From: the human T2T-CHM13v2.0 reference genome, Homo sapiens
Reading direction: 5' to 3' (one strand)
NCBI RefSeq assembly: GCF_009914755.1
Contig: NC_060938.1
Length of the DNA stretch: 64,000 nucleotides
The notes below the pieces were generated by a model. The model saw only the letters and a program-made list of their open reading frames with translations, was not told the DNA's origin and did no database searches. Numbering within the stretch: the first letter of the stretch is position 1; each line of letters starts with the position of its first letter. Of this stretch, positions 1-18,570 are shown piece after piece. The position numbers were made by a program, and so were the translations under genes.

Positions 1-600
1 ACCAGATGATCATAAAGAACATTTTATTTAGGCCATGGTAAGGCTTGGGCACTGTGGAGCCCATGAAGGTTTTTGGACAAGGGAGTTGCCTTAGGAAGGA
101 GTATGAAGCCATAAACAAATGAGGGAGACATGGGGGATCTGTCAGAACACCACTGGAGTAGTCCCAGCAAGAGAGAATGAGAACAAAGACAGTTACAGCA
201 GAAATAGAGAGGAGAGAGATTTAAATTTAAGGGCATAGGATTGACAGTAATTGGTCATTGGTTGAGAGAGGTAAAGAAGCTTTTTTTTAAGGATAATCTT
301 GAGGTTCCTACCTTAGGAGCTTGGATGGGTGATTATAGAGTTGTTGGCTTAGAAGTGCAGACAGAAGAGTGCCAGATTTTGTGGGGAAACTAATGAGTTT
401 GATATACACATTATATTTAAGGTGCTTAAGGAAATTCCAGGTAGAAATATACAACATTGTCATTCAGACTGGTTAATGATGGAGCTGGGACTAGGATTCT
501 TGATCTATAGTGCTGTTTCTATCATATCTGGTTGTCTTCGCATGAACAAATGTCAACTGGCTTTAGATGAGCTGGAGATCTGAAGACTATATAGGGCCCA
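1..600 (-). mobile_element. L2 LINE fragments (degenerate)
   Basis: Purine-rich L2-like text (gaggttcctaccttaggagcttggatggg...gtgcttaaggaaattccaggtagaaat). Confidence 0.5.
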
Positions 601-868
601 AGGAGATGGTTGGTTTTATTTTCTGTTTTTATTTTTAAAACTTTAAATGATTAGGAAAGGTAGGAGAAGATATAAAATTTAGTAATGGGAAAAAATGAAG
701 GCTTAACATATTCCTTCTGAATTTAAAATAATTAAATTTTCTGCAACTTTAGTTAGCAATAGATCATTTCACTGGAAAAATCTTAGTTGTGATATCTGTG
801 TTGCTAAATTCAAAAACATACTCTCATAGCTGCAGAAATTAAGATGATTAGTATCGAAACCAGTAAGC

Positions 869-965
869 TGAGAGAGAGAAAGGAGGGAGAGGAGAGAGAG
901 AAAGCGCATGTGCGGGTGGAAAGGAGAGAGAAAGAGGGAGAGGGAAGAAGGGAGAGAGAATGAGA
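869..965. repeat. GA-rich low-complexity purine tract
   Basis: (GA)n/GGGA repeats. Confidence 0.8.
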
Positions 966-1089
966 CAAGCAAATGGTACAAAAAGAGGTGGCAAATAGCA
1001 GAAGTGTCTGCATAAATTTATAAATTCCACTGACTAATCCTAGTTTTCTTTCTTTTTGGAAATCACTAATATCAATGTATTTATTCGTG

Positions 1090-2250
1090 CAATTGTATCA
1101 GACGTTTTTATCTTTTAGATGCTGGGAAATTTATCTTCATTCTTTCTTTCTCTTTTTTTTTTCTTCCTTTCATTTTTCCCCCCTCTCTCTAGAACTCTTA
1201 TTTCCAGATATTGACACTTCTACTTCTGTTTTTCTTATCCCTTAAATTTTCTGTCTTTCTTTTCTTCTCCATTCTGGGAGAACTCCCCAATCTGATCTGC
1301 TAACTATTAATTTGTTCTCTGCTATACTGTTTATCCCGTTTATTGTGTTTTTCATACTTGACATTCTTGTTTTTTGTTGTTTTTTTTTTTTGCTTTGCAT
1401 TTTAATATCTTTTCTTATCGCCTACTCTGTGTCTGTCTGTCTGATTAATATCATTCACTTTGTTGTCTGTTTTTTTTTTCTTTTTTAAACTTATTGACTC
1501 CTCAGGTATCTGGTTCTTTTGACCTGTGAGTTCTTATTTCACTGATGGGATCAACTATTCTGTCTGAGAATTTGGGTAAGGATAAAACCATGGTCTGTTT
1601 CAGAGAGTTAAAGAAGAGGGGAGGAGAGAGCCCTAGGGAGGAGAGCCTTAGGCAGCACAGAACCACCCTTGGTCACTGTCCCTGCTGTTTGCTGTTACTC
1701 CACTATATGGCTCTCCTGGTGATTATTGTGTCTTTAAGCCCTTAGGAAGACGTTGCTTTGGGAGGGTTTGTAATCCACTAGTCCTGGGGCTTGGAGGGGA
1801 AGAAGGTGAAGGAATGATGCCCACGGATGGGCTTCTGGACAGATTTCATCTATAGTTGTCACCATAGCTAGGCCTTCATGTTCCCTGATATTACTCTGGG
1901 GCGCCAGCATTTGCAGCTGGGGTTGTTAATAAGAAGACTTTTATGGTTGAGGGGCAAGCAGTAATCTCAAATTAATGGAGGAAGAAACAATGACTTTTCT
2001 CCATTCATTCCTCTCACAAAGCCCCTCCACACAGCCTCCTCGCTAGGATGCAGCCCCTTTCTTTCCACGCGTTCCAGTTTGAGTTAACTGTCTGTCTTTC
2101 CAGGGGCTTTTCACAACTTTTACTTTAGTTCTCAGAATCTATGGGTTCTTTTTCACCTCTGTAGTTACTCCAGTGTTGATTTTGAGAGCTGGCAGCCTTT
2201 GTTACTGTGCTGTCCTGGCTAGACCAGCAATGCAGAAGTTAGAATTCTAT
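1090..2250 (-). mobile_element. Ancient L1M/HAL1-like fragments
   Basis: T-rich antisense L1 ORF1-like text. Confidence 0.35.
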
Positions 2251-2282
2251 CTTCTCCAGATCTTTTTCTAAGCATTAAGCAT

Positions 2283-2362
2283 TTATATATGTATAAAAAT
2301 ATATTTGTGTATATGTATATGTGTGTATGTGTGTGTGTGTGTGTATATATATATATGTGTGT
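2283..2362. repeat. (TA)n/(TG)n microsatellite adjacent to an Alu tail
   Basis: tatatgtgtgtatgtgtgtgtgtgt... Confidence 0.9.
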
Positions 2363-2367
2363 GAATC

Positions 2368-2648
2368 TTTTTGAGACAGAGTTTCAGTCTGTTGTTCAGG
2401 CTGGAGTGCAGTGGCTCAGTCAGCTCACTGCAGCCTCGAACTCTTGGACTCAAGCAATCCTCCCATCTCAGCCCCCAGAGTAGCTGGGACTATAGGCGTG
2501 CACCATACCTAGCTAATTTTTTATTTTTTGCAGAGACGGGGTCTCACTATGTTGGCTAGGCTGATCTCCAACTTCTGACCGCAAGTGATCCTCCTGCCTC
2601 AGCCTTCCAAAGTCCTGGGATTATAGGCATGAGCCACCATTTCTGGCT
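2368..2648 (-). mobile_element. Alu (AluJ-like)
   Basis: Reverse-complement Alu dimer, diverged. Confidence 0.9.
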
Positions 2649-4026
2649 TAGTATATAATTTTGAGGTGTGTGTATATATTGTTGTGCAATTTTAAATTTT
2701 AAAAAGCAGGTTGCAAGGCTTTTTAAAATTTAACATAAATCCTGAAGATCTACTATATTCTTTTTACCTACTATGTAGTATACCATAGTTTAATTATTCT
2801 CCTATTGAAGGATTTTTAGATTGGTTCCAAGTATTCTCTAATCAAACTATACTAGGTATAAAATCCTTTTTTTGTACTCATGAGAAATTATTTTTCTAGA
2901 TTTAGATACTAAGGCATGGAATTGCTGGCTCAAAGATATAAGCATTCATAATTTAAATAGGCACTGAAAAATTGCCCCTAGCTGTATGAGATCCCTTTCC
3001 CATGTCACACATAATGCTTTTAATCTTAAATTTTTGCCAGTCTGATTAACAGTGACATTTTGCATATTTTCTTGTCTAAAGGGCTATGTAATAAGAACTA
3101 GTAATATTGATACATTATAAGTTAAAATATTGCTTTGCTAAGTTGTGGCTTTTCTTTGTGCTTGAAACTTCTTGCTTAGAGGGGCATTTGGTCAGTGAAA
3201 GCTCACTGATGGCAAAACTGTAATTTGTACATATATGTAGATGGGCTAGGTATATTACTCTGCATTATAGGCAACCTGACTTAAATTGGCATGAACTTAA
3301 GCATTGAGTATAATCCAAAACTCAGAGATACTTATGAGTATGAGACCATTTTGTAAATAGGCAAGATAAGTCTTCAGTAGGGTCATAGAGTATTCTTAAG
3401 GTGTTAAATAGTTCAGCAGTTGCAAATATCCTAGAAAACAGATTCACAACAGAGAAGTTACTGTAGACTGTCAGAGTAATATAGGCATTGTGAAATATTT
3501 CTCATTAATTTCTGGGGAAAACATAATTGCCGTCATTCTAAACACTGCCCAAGAGTCTCCAAGGGATTTCATATTAATTATGAACAGTATTTTTTAATTT
3601 AAAGGATGTTGAGGCAATCAGTATTCCTAAAGAAGAGTCAGGCTAAGGGAATAAGGAGAGATAGAGATGTACATAGGAGAATGAAGGCAAATTGAAGAGA
3701 ATCTTGAATGTTGAGCTAAGAAGTTTAGATTTTATTTTATAGTCAATGGAATCATCAAAGGTGTTTCAGCAGTGATTTCTTCATATAGTCTAGTTAAAAA
3801 AAACACTTGTTGGTTGAAATTAAACCCCTTTTAAATGAGAAACATGGGAGCTTTCAGATAATTGGAATTTTGCTTCAGTTCTTAATTAGTAAATTCATTA
3901 ATTAGAATATCTCAAGTCATAAAATGTACTAGTGATTAGGATATATAATTTTTTAATACAGAAAGAAAATAGGAGTCTTATATTTTTTCATTTGTTCATT
4001 TATTTCATAAATTTCATTTAAAACAA

Positions 4027-4322
<296 letters not shown>

Positions 4323-4404
4323 AACGATTTTTGTGCTTTTTGTATTTTTTATTTTTCCCAAGGAAAATAACATTATTAAATATGACTAAAGTATTCTTCT
4401 ATAA

Positions 4405-4707
<303 letters not shown>

Positions 4708-4894
4708 TCTATACTTTTATAAAAATCTTATTATTGATATATGGGGTAACCTTTATGCTGTTTAAAGTATATTATTCTCCTCATCAATTGTTTATTGTAA
4801 AGTTTACACTAACAAACTTTAGGCAATTTTTATTCATGAAGAATGAGAGAAATTTTCTGTTATTCCCATTTTAAGCTGTATGAACAATGTGTAA

Positions 4895-5218
<324 letters not shown>

Positions 5219-5220
5219 GA

Positions 5221-5517
5221 TTTTTTGTGTTTTTTTTGACACAGGGTCTCACTGTATCACCCATGCTGGAGTACAGTCGTGCAGTCTCGCTCACTGCAGC
5301 CTCTGCCTCCTGGGTTCAAGCTAGCCTCCTGCCTCAGCCCCTTAAGTAAATGGGACTACAGGTGTGTGCTGTGATGCCCAGCTAATTTTTGTATTTTTTG
5401 TCGAGACAGGGTTTCGCCATGTTGCCTAGGCTGGTCTTGAACTCCTGAGTTCAAGTGATCCACCTGCCTCGGCCTCCTAAAGTGCTAGGATTATAGGCAT
5501 GAGCCACCGTGCTGGCC
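5221..5517 (-). mobile_element. Alu (AluJ-like)
   Basis: Diverged dimer. Confidence 0.9.
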
Positions 5518-5789
5518 CCATTGAGTGTTTTAAATTGTAATATAATTTTTCTTATGTATTTTATTGCTATTTAATTGGTGCTTGAAAAACTGGTTAATTT
5601 CATAAAATATATGAAATTATTATATTGAAAACAAAGCCTATCACGAGGCTTATTAGACTAACTTCTTGAACTTTTCTTGCATGTAATGTATATGTGGCAT
5701 AGAAGGCAGTTTGTAAAATACCTTCCAAGGAGTCAAAGGGTATTGTTCATGATATTTGGCAAAGATTTCCTGTTTTGACTTGATTTTAA

Positions 5790-6026
<237 letters not shown>

Positions 6027-6282
6027 TGATGTGTCATAGTAGTATCCCTAATCTGAGTTGAGGAAAGTATACCTATTTTCAGATAGGGGCTTGCAAAATT
6101 TCTTTATTAAAAGGGATTTTAATAATTGGAAAGTTTGGTGATAACTTTTTTTATAGTATATATAGCAGTGTTTCCCCAAATGTGATTCATATATCAGTGT
6201 TGGTACATGAACCTTTGGGTGGTATGTGAATTAATTTTGGTAATACACATACATACACTTAAAACTTTTTAACTGTGATACT

Positions 6283-6914
<632 letters not shown>

Positions 6915-7131
6915 TAATATGTACTAGAAAAATATAACGAATCCATGAAAATTGACATAACAGATCTTTAGGACAAGGTTAAATTAGATAATACTGTAGA
7001 CATTTATTCTTTATGCTATATGAATTTCAGTAGCACTCTGCATTCAGGACTATTTTAGAATTTAAATAAACTTTCTGTTGTGACACACTGGAAATAAGGA
7101 TAGAATAGAGAATACCAATCACTAGCATATA

Positions 7132-8112
7132 TAGTTGACTCTCATCTATGGACCATTGTTATATTCTGTGGTCACCACAAACATATTAACAAGTATTGAA
7201 CCATTACTCCTAGGGGAAATACAGGATTAGGTTTCTGTGAGCCTCTGGTCATAACATTTTTATCAACTGATCAATACATAATCTGGTTTTATTTATGTTT
7301 CTGTTTAAAGAAGTCTTATTTAATATATATTTTGGATTCATTAATATTGAACTCACAGCCATTGAACTATCCAGCAGTATAACTTGTGCCTGAAGGAAGC
7401 CTATCTAACATGTATATTTTCTCCATAAGACACAGCGGAGCCTTTTTGTGCTTAGAAACACTAGACAGGCCAGATGCGGTGGCTCACGCCTGTAATCCAG
7501 CACTTTGGGAGGCCAAGGTGGCAGATCACCTGAGGTCAGGAGTTTAAGACCAGCCTGGCCAACATGGTGAAACCTCATCTCTACTAAAAATGCAAAAATT
7601 AGCCGGGCATAGTGGCAGATGCCTGTAATCTCAGCTACTTGGGAAGCTGAGGCAGAAGAATTGCTTGAACCCGGGAGGCTCAGAGGGCAGAGGGCAGAGG
7701 TTGCAGTGAGCCGAAATCACGCCACTGCACTCCAGCCTGGGCAGCAAGAGCGAGTCTCTGCCTCAAAAAAAAAAAAAAGAAAAGAAACACTAGACAGTAC
7801 TTCAGCACTAAGGGGCCATTTTAAACAGTGAAATCACCAAAAAAAAGGGGATGAAATCTGAAAAACAGCTTTACGTATACTGTGAAAAGGTCACTTGTTT
7901 ACAGTATGAGAGCTGGAATAAGGTGGAATGTATCGTTGTTCAGCATCAACTGGAAAAATGCATGTTAGGTAATTTAAGTTTTTCACCACTCTGTACATGT
8001 CCACAAATGACCACAAAGGTGCTGCAAGTATTGATTTGGGGGGTTATAAATACGTTTTAGCGAGTAGATAAATTTGCAAATATGTAATTTACAAATAAAT
8101 GAGGATCTGCTA
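7132..8112 (-). mobile_element. MER82-like TcMar-Tigger DNA transposon, interrupted by an Alu
   Basis: Internal text (ctcctaggggaaatacaggattagg..., cagtatgagagctggaa..., ttttagcgagtagataaatttgcaaata) resembles the MER82 consensus as I recall it; degenerate TIRs flanked by TA. Confidence 0.8.
7468..7782 (+). mobile_element. Alu (AluSx-like) within MER82
   Basis: TSD agaaacactagaca at 7454 and 7783. Confidence 0.95.
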
Positions 8113-8709
8113 TATTCTTATTATTGATTTTTAAATGCCCATTGTTTCTTTCTCTTAAGTGAAAAGAAACTTCTGGAGGCATGCAGATTTGCCAGAAATC
8201 AGAAAAGGAAAAGCCTGAAGTATTTAGTTTCATATTGAGTGAACACCTTGTATCATTCAGAATTGGGAGAATTCCGAGACTGAATTTCCCATGTGAATAA
8301 ATGTAAAGATTGGCCTTATTTCTCATTTTGTACACATAATGAGAGTATTAAATGTTTTACATTCTTTAAAATTTGTAGGATTCAAATGGCATGAAATGTG
8401 ACTTACATTTATGTCCAGCTAAATTTGCAGAATGCAGTTAAACAGAGTTAACACTAGGTGGCTCTCGCAGATCACTTGAACTGCTAGGTACTTAAGAGCT
8501 ACTAGGTATCTGAGAGCAACTAGGTACTTAGTTGAAATGTTACAGAATAAACTCCCTGAGGAGATAGCCTCTTCAGTCCTTTTTAAATATCTGGTAACCC
8601 TAGCAGATTACCTATAGTACAGTGCATTTTTAATCTTAGGTACATTGTAGGTATTTGTTTAATTGGAAAAAATAAGTAATATGGTATAACATAAGATTGA
8701 ACACATATG

Positions 8710-9730
<1,021 letters not shown>

Positions 9731-10199
9731 GTTCTCTTTAATAATGCTTGGAGTATGAAAAGTACTATCTTATATGTACTTAATAGAATCAGAAACTATC
9801 AACAGTTGACTAAAAGGACTTTGCCTATAGAAAACTAATTTGTTCCTCTTGTTTCAAGATTTTCTCCTGGTGACCACAGACTATAACTGTGGTCCATAGA
9901 TGAGAATCAACTATATATGCTAGTGATTGGTATTGCTTTTCGTCTTGATTTTTAATAACTTTGCTTACAGAGGGTCATCTCTTCTTACTTTGCCCCTCCC
10001 CACCCCTGCTAATTTTCAGGAAGTGTCCTATTTTCTGTAGTCCTCTATCACTGTCTCCATTCCTGAGGCTCTCAGGTTGGGTTGAGTAACTGAAAGTTGC
10101 AAAATTGGCTTTGAGGAGTTGTCTTGGGAAACCTAAAATGTAAGCTGTAATTTGAGTGAATTATTTGTGGACCCTGGGATATACTACCAACTACAGCTT

Positions 10200-11530
10200 T
10201 TTATTTACTCAAAAAACCTGTATTGAATACCCACTGTATACCTAGAACTATGTAAGTACTACATTAAGCACTCAAGATTCAAAGATGATAGATATCTGCT
10301 CTCAAGATATTTACTAACTAGTGTGGGAGAAATAAATAACAATTATAATATTGTGTGACTAGTACAACACAGACGGCTGTGGGAGTGCAGAGGAGGAACT
10401 TAACTCATTTGTGAGGGCTTAGAAAAGGTTTTCTGCAAGATCCAATGTGAAATTGAATCTTAAGGGAATTAGCCAGATGGTAAATTATGATAAGAATATT
10501 CCAGTTTGTTCATTTACTTATTCAGAAGATATTTTTGAGTGCCTGCTATGTGCTGAGCATGTGCTAGGTGCTAGGAATATGAAACTTGGTAAGGCCCTGT
10601 TCACAATGATTTTTTTTCTCTAGTAGACATAGTAGATAAGAAAGCAAAAACATGCAATAAATTACTGTAGTTATTGTGAAGAAGCCCGTATAGGATGGAG
10701 GTACAGGTCAATTGTAGTTGAAGGGATTCAGGAAAGACTTCATAGATGAGGGAAGTCTTGCTTGAAGTGACTCCTCAAAGATGAATAAATGCTTGCCACG
10801 TGGTGAGTGAGGAGGGACCTTTCAGACAGAATATGCAATGAGACAGGGGACAAAGGCAAAAAAAAAAAAAAAGCAAGGGTTAATCGTGGAAATGCAGTGT
10901 TTTTGTCAAAGAATTAGAGCTTAAGATGCAGTGAAATTGCAGCAGGGAGCAGAAACCAGGTCATGAAAAGCCCTGGATTATCTATTAAGGAGTACAGTAA
11001 GGATCGCTTTGTATACAAAATGGGAAATAATAACAGTCTTACTTTTTACTTTATACTTATTCCCATGAACAATTCAGCCTTAAGTTTCTGTCAGTTCTGA
11101 ATGTTGTGTGATATTCATCAGTCTGTTAAAGATTGTAAGTAAATGAGTGATGTGATCATATTTACCTTTTATTTAGCAAGATCATCTGAGATGCAATGTG
11201 ATGGATAGATTGGAAGAGTTAAGACTGGAGGCAAGGAGCCTGATTAGACAACCATTAAAGTTGACCTGATGAGACATTATTCAGTAATGAGGATATATAA
11301 AAAGGGAGATTTGAGAGAGAATTAAGGAGATGGACAGGAATTCATTTGAATGTGAGCAGTACAAAAGAAGCAGAAAGTCTAAGAAATCCCTAGGTTTCTG
11401 TCTAGAATTATTGGATAGATGGTCATCTCAGTCACTGAGAGAGAGCGAATATGGAGGAAGGACAGAATTAGGAGGAAAGAGATTGAATGGGGTTTATACA
11501 TACTGAATTTGTGATGCCTTTGACTTTCAT
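10200..11530 (-). mobile_element. L2 fragments
   Basis: L2 3'-end signatures (ttcatttacttattcag...gagtgcctgctatgtgctgagc) and L2 body text. Confidence 0.6.
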
Positions 11531-12109
11531 ACAAATGAAAAAAATCCATTAGATATGCCGGACCAAAAACTCTTGCTGGACTGGCAATTTTAGGCAAACT
11601 TAGTCTTCTCTAAAAGTCTGCCATGGTTGCTTTCCACTATAACAAAATTCTAGGAAAGTAAAATTAGGGATTTCTAGTTATGATTAATTAAATTAAATTT
11701 GACTTGAATGAAATAATATTTTAAATATCCCTCTTTTAAAGGTCTAACTTGCATTATACAGGTAAGACACCCACACTCAATGAGCCTGCTTGTTAGAAGA
11801 CACAGCAAATTCAGCACTGTTATGATTGCTGTCAGGGAATCCTTTCCTGACCCTTATCACTGGGTTAAATACCTGTCATGTGTACTCTCTGTAATTCTCT
11901 AATGTCACCTGCCTAATGTTGCTCTTATCACACTGATATTAATCTCATGTGAGGGTACGGACTTTATCTTGTGTACTCTCATATCCCTGTCACCTAGCAG
12001 GTTATATAGTATACAGAACATAGTAAATATCTGTTAAATTATAGGATGGTGTATTATGTGAAAGCTATTACGCACTTTTTGAGTGCTCCCCACCACCACT
12101 TTTTTCCTG

Positions 12110-13250
12110 TCCCATGTATGCCTTATCCCAAGTAACCCATGTTAAGATTCTGGCATATAACCTTCCTGTTTTTTACCTCACACATATAATTATATGCACA
12201 CATGCATGTACAATATATATGGTATGTGTGATTGCCATTATTTTACAACTTAAGATCATATCTTGCACACTTGCCTGCATTTTGTGTTTTACCCAGTAAA
12301 CCCTTAGATTATTCCAGGTCAACCGGTATTACTTAAATTTATTCATTTTAATGATTACGTAAAACTTCATAGTGTTGATTTCCAATAATTTATTTAGTTG
12401 TTTCTCTATTGATGGATGTTTATTAACATGTCCCTGCACTATAAACAATGCTAGAGTAAGTATCCACACACACATCCTACCAGATTGTTGTGTTTTATAT
12501 ACTCCTCCTTACTCCAGTGTATGTACTCCTGGGAAGCTCTTCTATACACGAGCAAATGTATCTTTAGTTTAGAAATAGATAATGCCAAGTTGCTTTCTTG
12601 AAAGTTTAAACCAATTTATTTTTATCGGCAATTTATTAGTGCCCTTTCCTTACATCCCCTCCTGAAATTGTGTTGATTAGTTTTTTTACATACCTCAGTA
12701 GAAATATGAAGATATGTTTCTGACTCCTGGTGAGTTTATATGTCTTTTCATTCATATGTTTGTTGGCCATTTGTATGTGCTCCTATAAAGTTCTTTTCCC
12801 ATCTGGGAGGTTCTCAGTTTTTCTTGTTAGTTTTAAAGCTGTTTCTATAGTTTAGATGTTTTCTACTATTTGTATTGTAAATATCTTTATCCAAATTTAT
12901 ATTTTGCTCATTGACATTGTTGATGATCTTTTTGCCATATAATTTAAAAATTTATATGTAGATATTTCTAACTTTTATACTTTCCGTGCTTTCATGGCTT
13001 GATTATGTTGCTATACTGTAGGAAAAAGCTAATCACTTTTATCTATTTATCTGTTATCCAGTCACATTACCAATTCTCTTATTAGTTCTAATAGAGTTCT
13101 TTTGTTTTCATTAAAGTCTCTTGGGTTTTCTAGGCATATACCATATATCAGCAAAAGAGTTTTCAATATCTTCTTTTTTTAACATTATATGTAATTCTTT
13201 TCTCTTAATTCATTTGCCACTCTTAGAAAAATGTTGAACAAGTCACATAG
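12110..13250 (-). mobile_element. Old L1M fragment
   Basis: Antisense L1 ORF2/3'UTR-like text (tcatatgtttgttggccatttgtatgt...). Confidence 0.55.
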
Positions 13251-13443
13251 GAATAGAAAAAGGCGTATCAGAATATAAAGAGACAAATAAAGCCTGAAAC
13301 ATTAGTTACTCTAAATTATAAGTATTATTACCATTATTTAAATTAATCTTATGTTAGATAATTAAATGAGAATCAGGTAATAATTTTGATAAATTGTTTT
13401 ATACAGATTTAATACCATAATAGTAAAAATCAAAACTCAATGC

Positions 13444-13753
<310 letters not shown>

Positions 13754-13906
13754 TCAATAGATGTATTTCGCTTTATGTAAAAGCCCATTGAAAACCTAGA
13801 TTAACATAAAAGATCAATCAGAGTGATTATTTGCTATATCTAGGAAATTGTCAACAGAATGCCTTTAAATGGAAAATATCTATGGCGTCTTTGAAATATT
13901 TTTTCA

Positions 13907-14206
13907 GGCTGGGTGCAGTGCAGTGGCTCATGCCTGTAATCCCAGCATGGGAGGCTGAGGCAGGAAGATCACTTTAGCCCAGGGGTTTCAGACCAGCCTT
14001 GGCAACATGGCGAAACCCTGTCTCTACTAAAAATACAAAAAATTATCCAAGTGTGGTAGCGCACACCTGTAGTCCCAGCTACTCAGGATGCTGAGGTAGA
14101 AGAATCACCTGAGCCTGGGAAGTCAAGGATGCAGGGGGCCATGATCATGCCATTGCACTCCAGCCTGGGCAACAGGAGTGAGACTCTGTCTTTAAAAAAA
14201 AAAAAA
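13907..14206 (+). mobile_element. Alu (AluJ-like)
   Basis: Diverged dimer with A-tail. Confidence 0.9.
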
Positions 14207-14470
14207 GTGTATATATATATATATGTGTATGTATGATTTTTATATATATGTATGATTTATATATATAAATCATCTATATGTATGATTTATATATAAATCA
14301 TATGTATGATTTATATATATGTATGATTTATATATATATCATGTGTATGATTTATATATCATATATATTTATATATGATATATAAATATATAATATCATA
14401 TATAATATATCATATATATGAATTATATATATGATTTATGTATATAAATTTTAAATATATATATTTAAAA
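14207..14470. repeat. AT-rich simple repeat (TATGATTTATATA-like units)
   Basis: About 260 bp of TA/TATGAT repeats. Confidence 0.9.
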
Positions 14471-14817
14471 CTTAATTTGCATATAACTCTTCAGGTCTAT
14501 TTCTATTGATTATATTTTAAAAGGTTGTCTAGCAAGACTGTGAAACAGAGAGCAGTGACTTAATTCCTCTGTGCTTCTTGCTAGCTCTTTGATTTTGGAC
14601 AGTTAGTTAACTTCTCTGAACCTTAGTAATGTCAGTGAGAGACAGTTACAATGATGTCTAACCTATCTTACAGAATGATTGTAAAGTTCAAATGTAATAA
14701 GATAATGTACTCATATATGAAAGTGCTTGGAGTATATAGTGCAATACAAAGGTACAGTGGTTAGATACATAAATATCTCTGCTCTTGTCTTCTTTTTACT
14801 GATTTGACTGAGGTGCC

Positions 14818-15126
<309 letters not shown>

Positions 15127-15525
15127 AGAGGTGCCATTTAGATAAGAAAATAAGAGCTTGATCACTTGAAGAACAAAATCTACAGAATAGAGCTAGGCAA
15201 TACCAACATTTTCCAGGCAGGAAATTGCCCTTTGCTTTAAGATTACATTTTAGATAGAAAGTATTCTATTGACTCTTAGAGATAGGAAAGGTAAGCAGGA
15301 GTATTAAGAGTTCGTATGTGGGAAGGAGGCTGCAGATGAACTGCATGGGCAACTTGTTGATTGGAACTTTACATAGAATATTCCATGGATTTGTTTGAAC
15401 ATAGGTACTTTTTGCATTCTCTCTGAGTTTTGGTTTTAATTGCAGTGAAGGCTTGGTCCAGGTGTTTTTGTTTGAAGTACACTGCTAGTTCTAATTCAGC
15501 AGGTGAGAAATATTGGTGGTTTTAG

Positions 15526-15762
<237 letters not shown>

Positions 15763-15991
15763 TAATAGCACTTGTATTTTACTTAAAATGAGAATTGAAA
15801 CACTGTTGCCTTAGCGTGGTACCCCGTCAAGAGCCAAGCCTCTGGAGTCAGATAGCTTCAAATCATGCCTCCTTTATTTCCTAACTCAAGTCTGAATATA
15901 AATCTAGTTCACCCAAGCTGTGCCCTAGAACACATTACTTAGCCTCTTTTAAGCCTTAATTCCCTATCTTTAAATTAAAGAATAAAATAAT

Positions 15992-16367
<376 letters not shown>

Positions 16368-16794
16368 TTACATATAGTAGGTGCTTGATAAGTGTTTATT
16401 ACATTGAAATTTGTAAAAAGTGTTTCATAAGAAATGTATTGCATAAGAAATTTAATGCTGAGGTAAGCCAATGGCCCATGCAATCTTGTGTACTGAAAAA
16501 ATAGGTTAATTACTCACCAAGATGTTAATCTAAAAAAGTTCAATATTAAGTAGTTTTTTATTTGTGTATTGGCAATTCGTTCAAAATTACCCATTTTGAA
16601 CTAATTTATGAATAAGTATTCATGGTATTATGCAGCAGGACATGTTACGGATGAAACCAAAAAATACGTAAGATAAAGATTGTTTATGGAACACATGATT
16701 ATGTGGGGTTCAGTATTACCAATCTGTGACCAAGCAATGATCAGGAAAAACTAGTTAATAATGAAAAAGTATCTGTTAATAACTTCGGTATAAA

Positions 16795-18210
<1,416 letters not shown>

Positions 18211-18329
18211 AAGATTACTTCCTTTTAATTGATGGCTTGTTTTAGAATAAAACTATAAAGTGTTACCAGAAGAAAGGGCCTCAAAAAATTCCCTTGTTAG
18301 ATTTCTTTAGCTAGCAGGGACTTATGGTT

Positions 18330-18570
18330 AGTAATAATAGCACACATTTATAGTGCTAGATGCTGTTCTAAGTTTTTTACGTATTTTAACTTATTTAATC
18401 ATTATAACAGCCTAATGAGGTAGTTGTTACTATTATCCCCATTTCATGAATGAGGAAATTGAGGTATTGAGCAGTTAAATAACTTGCCCAAGGTCAAAGC
18501 TAGAAAATGCCTTACCCAGATTTGAACACAGGCAGTTTAGCTCCTGTGGTCACAGCTCTTATTCGCTGTG
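18330..18570 (-). mobile_element. MIR
   Basis: attatccccatttcatgaatgaggaaattgagg...aacttgcccaaggtca. Confidence 0.75.

Noticed and set aside
8484-8530. CRISPR-like repeat-spacer reading of the CTAGGTA repeats
   Set aside because: Eukaryotic DNA, three 18-bp tandem units with no unique spacers and no cas genes
10032-10044. 13-bp match (tttctgtagtcct) to the reverse complement of the L1 ORF1 insert
   Set aside because: The match does not extend; compatible with chance
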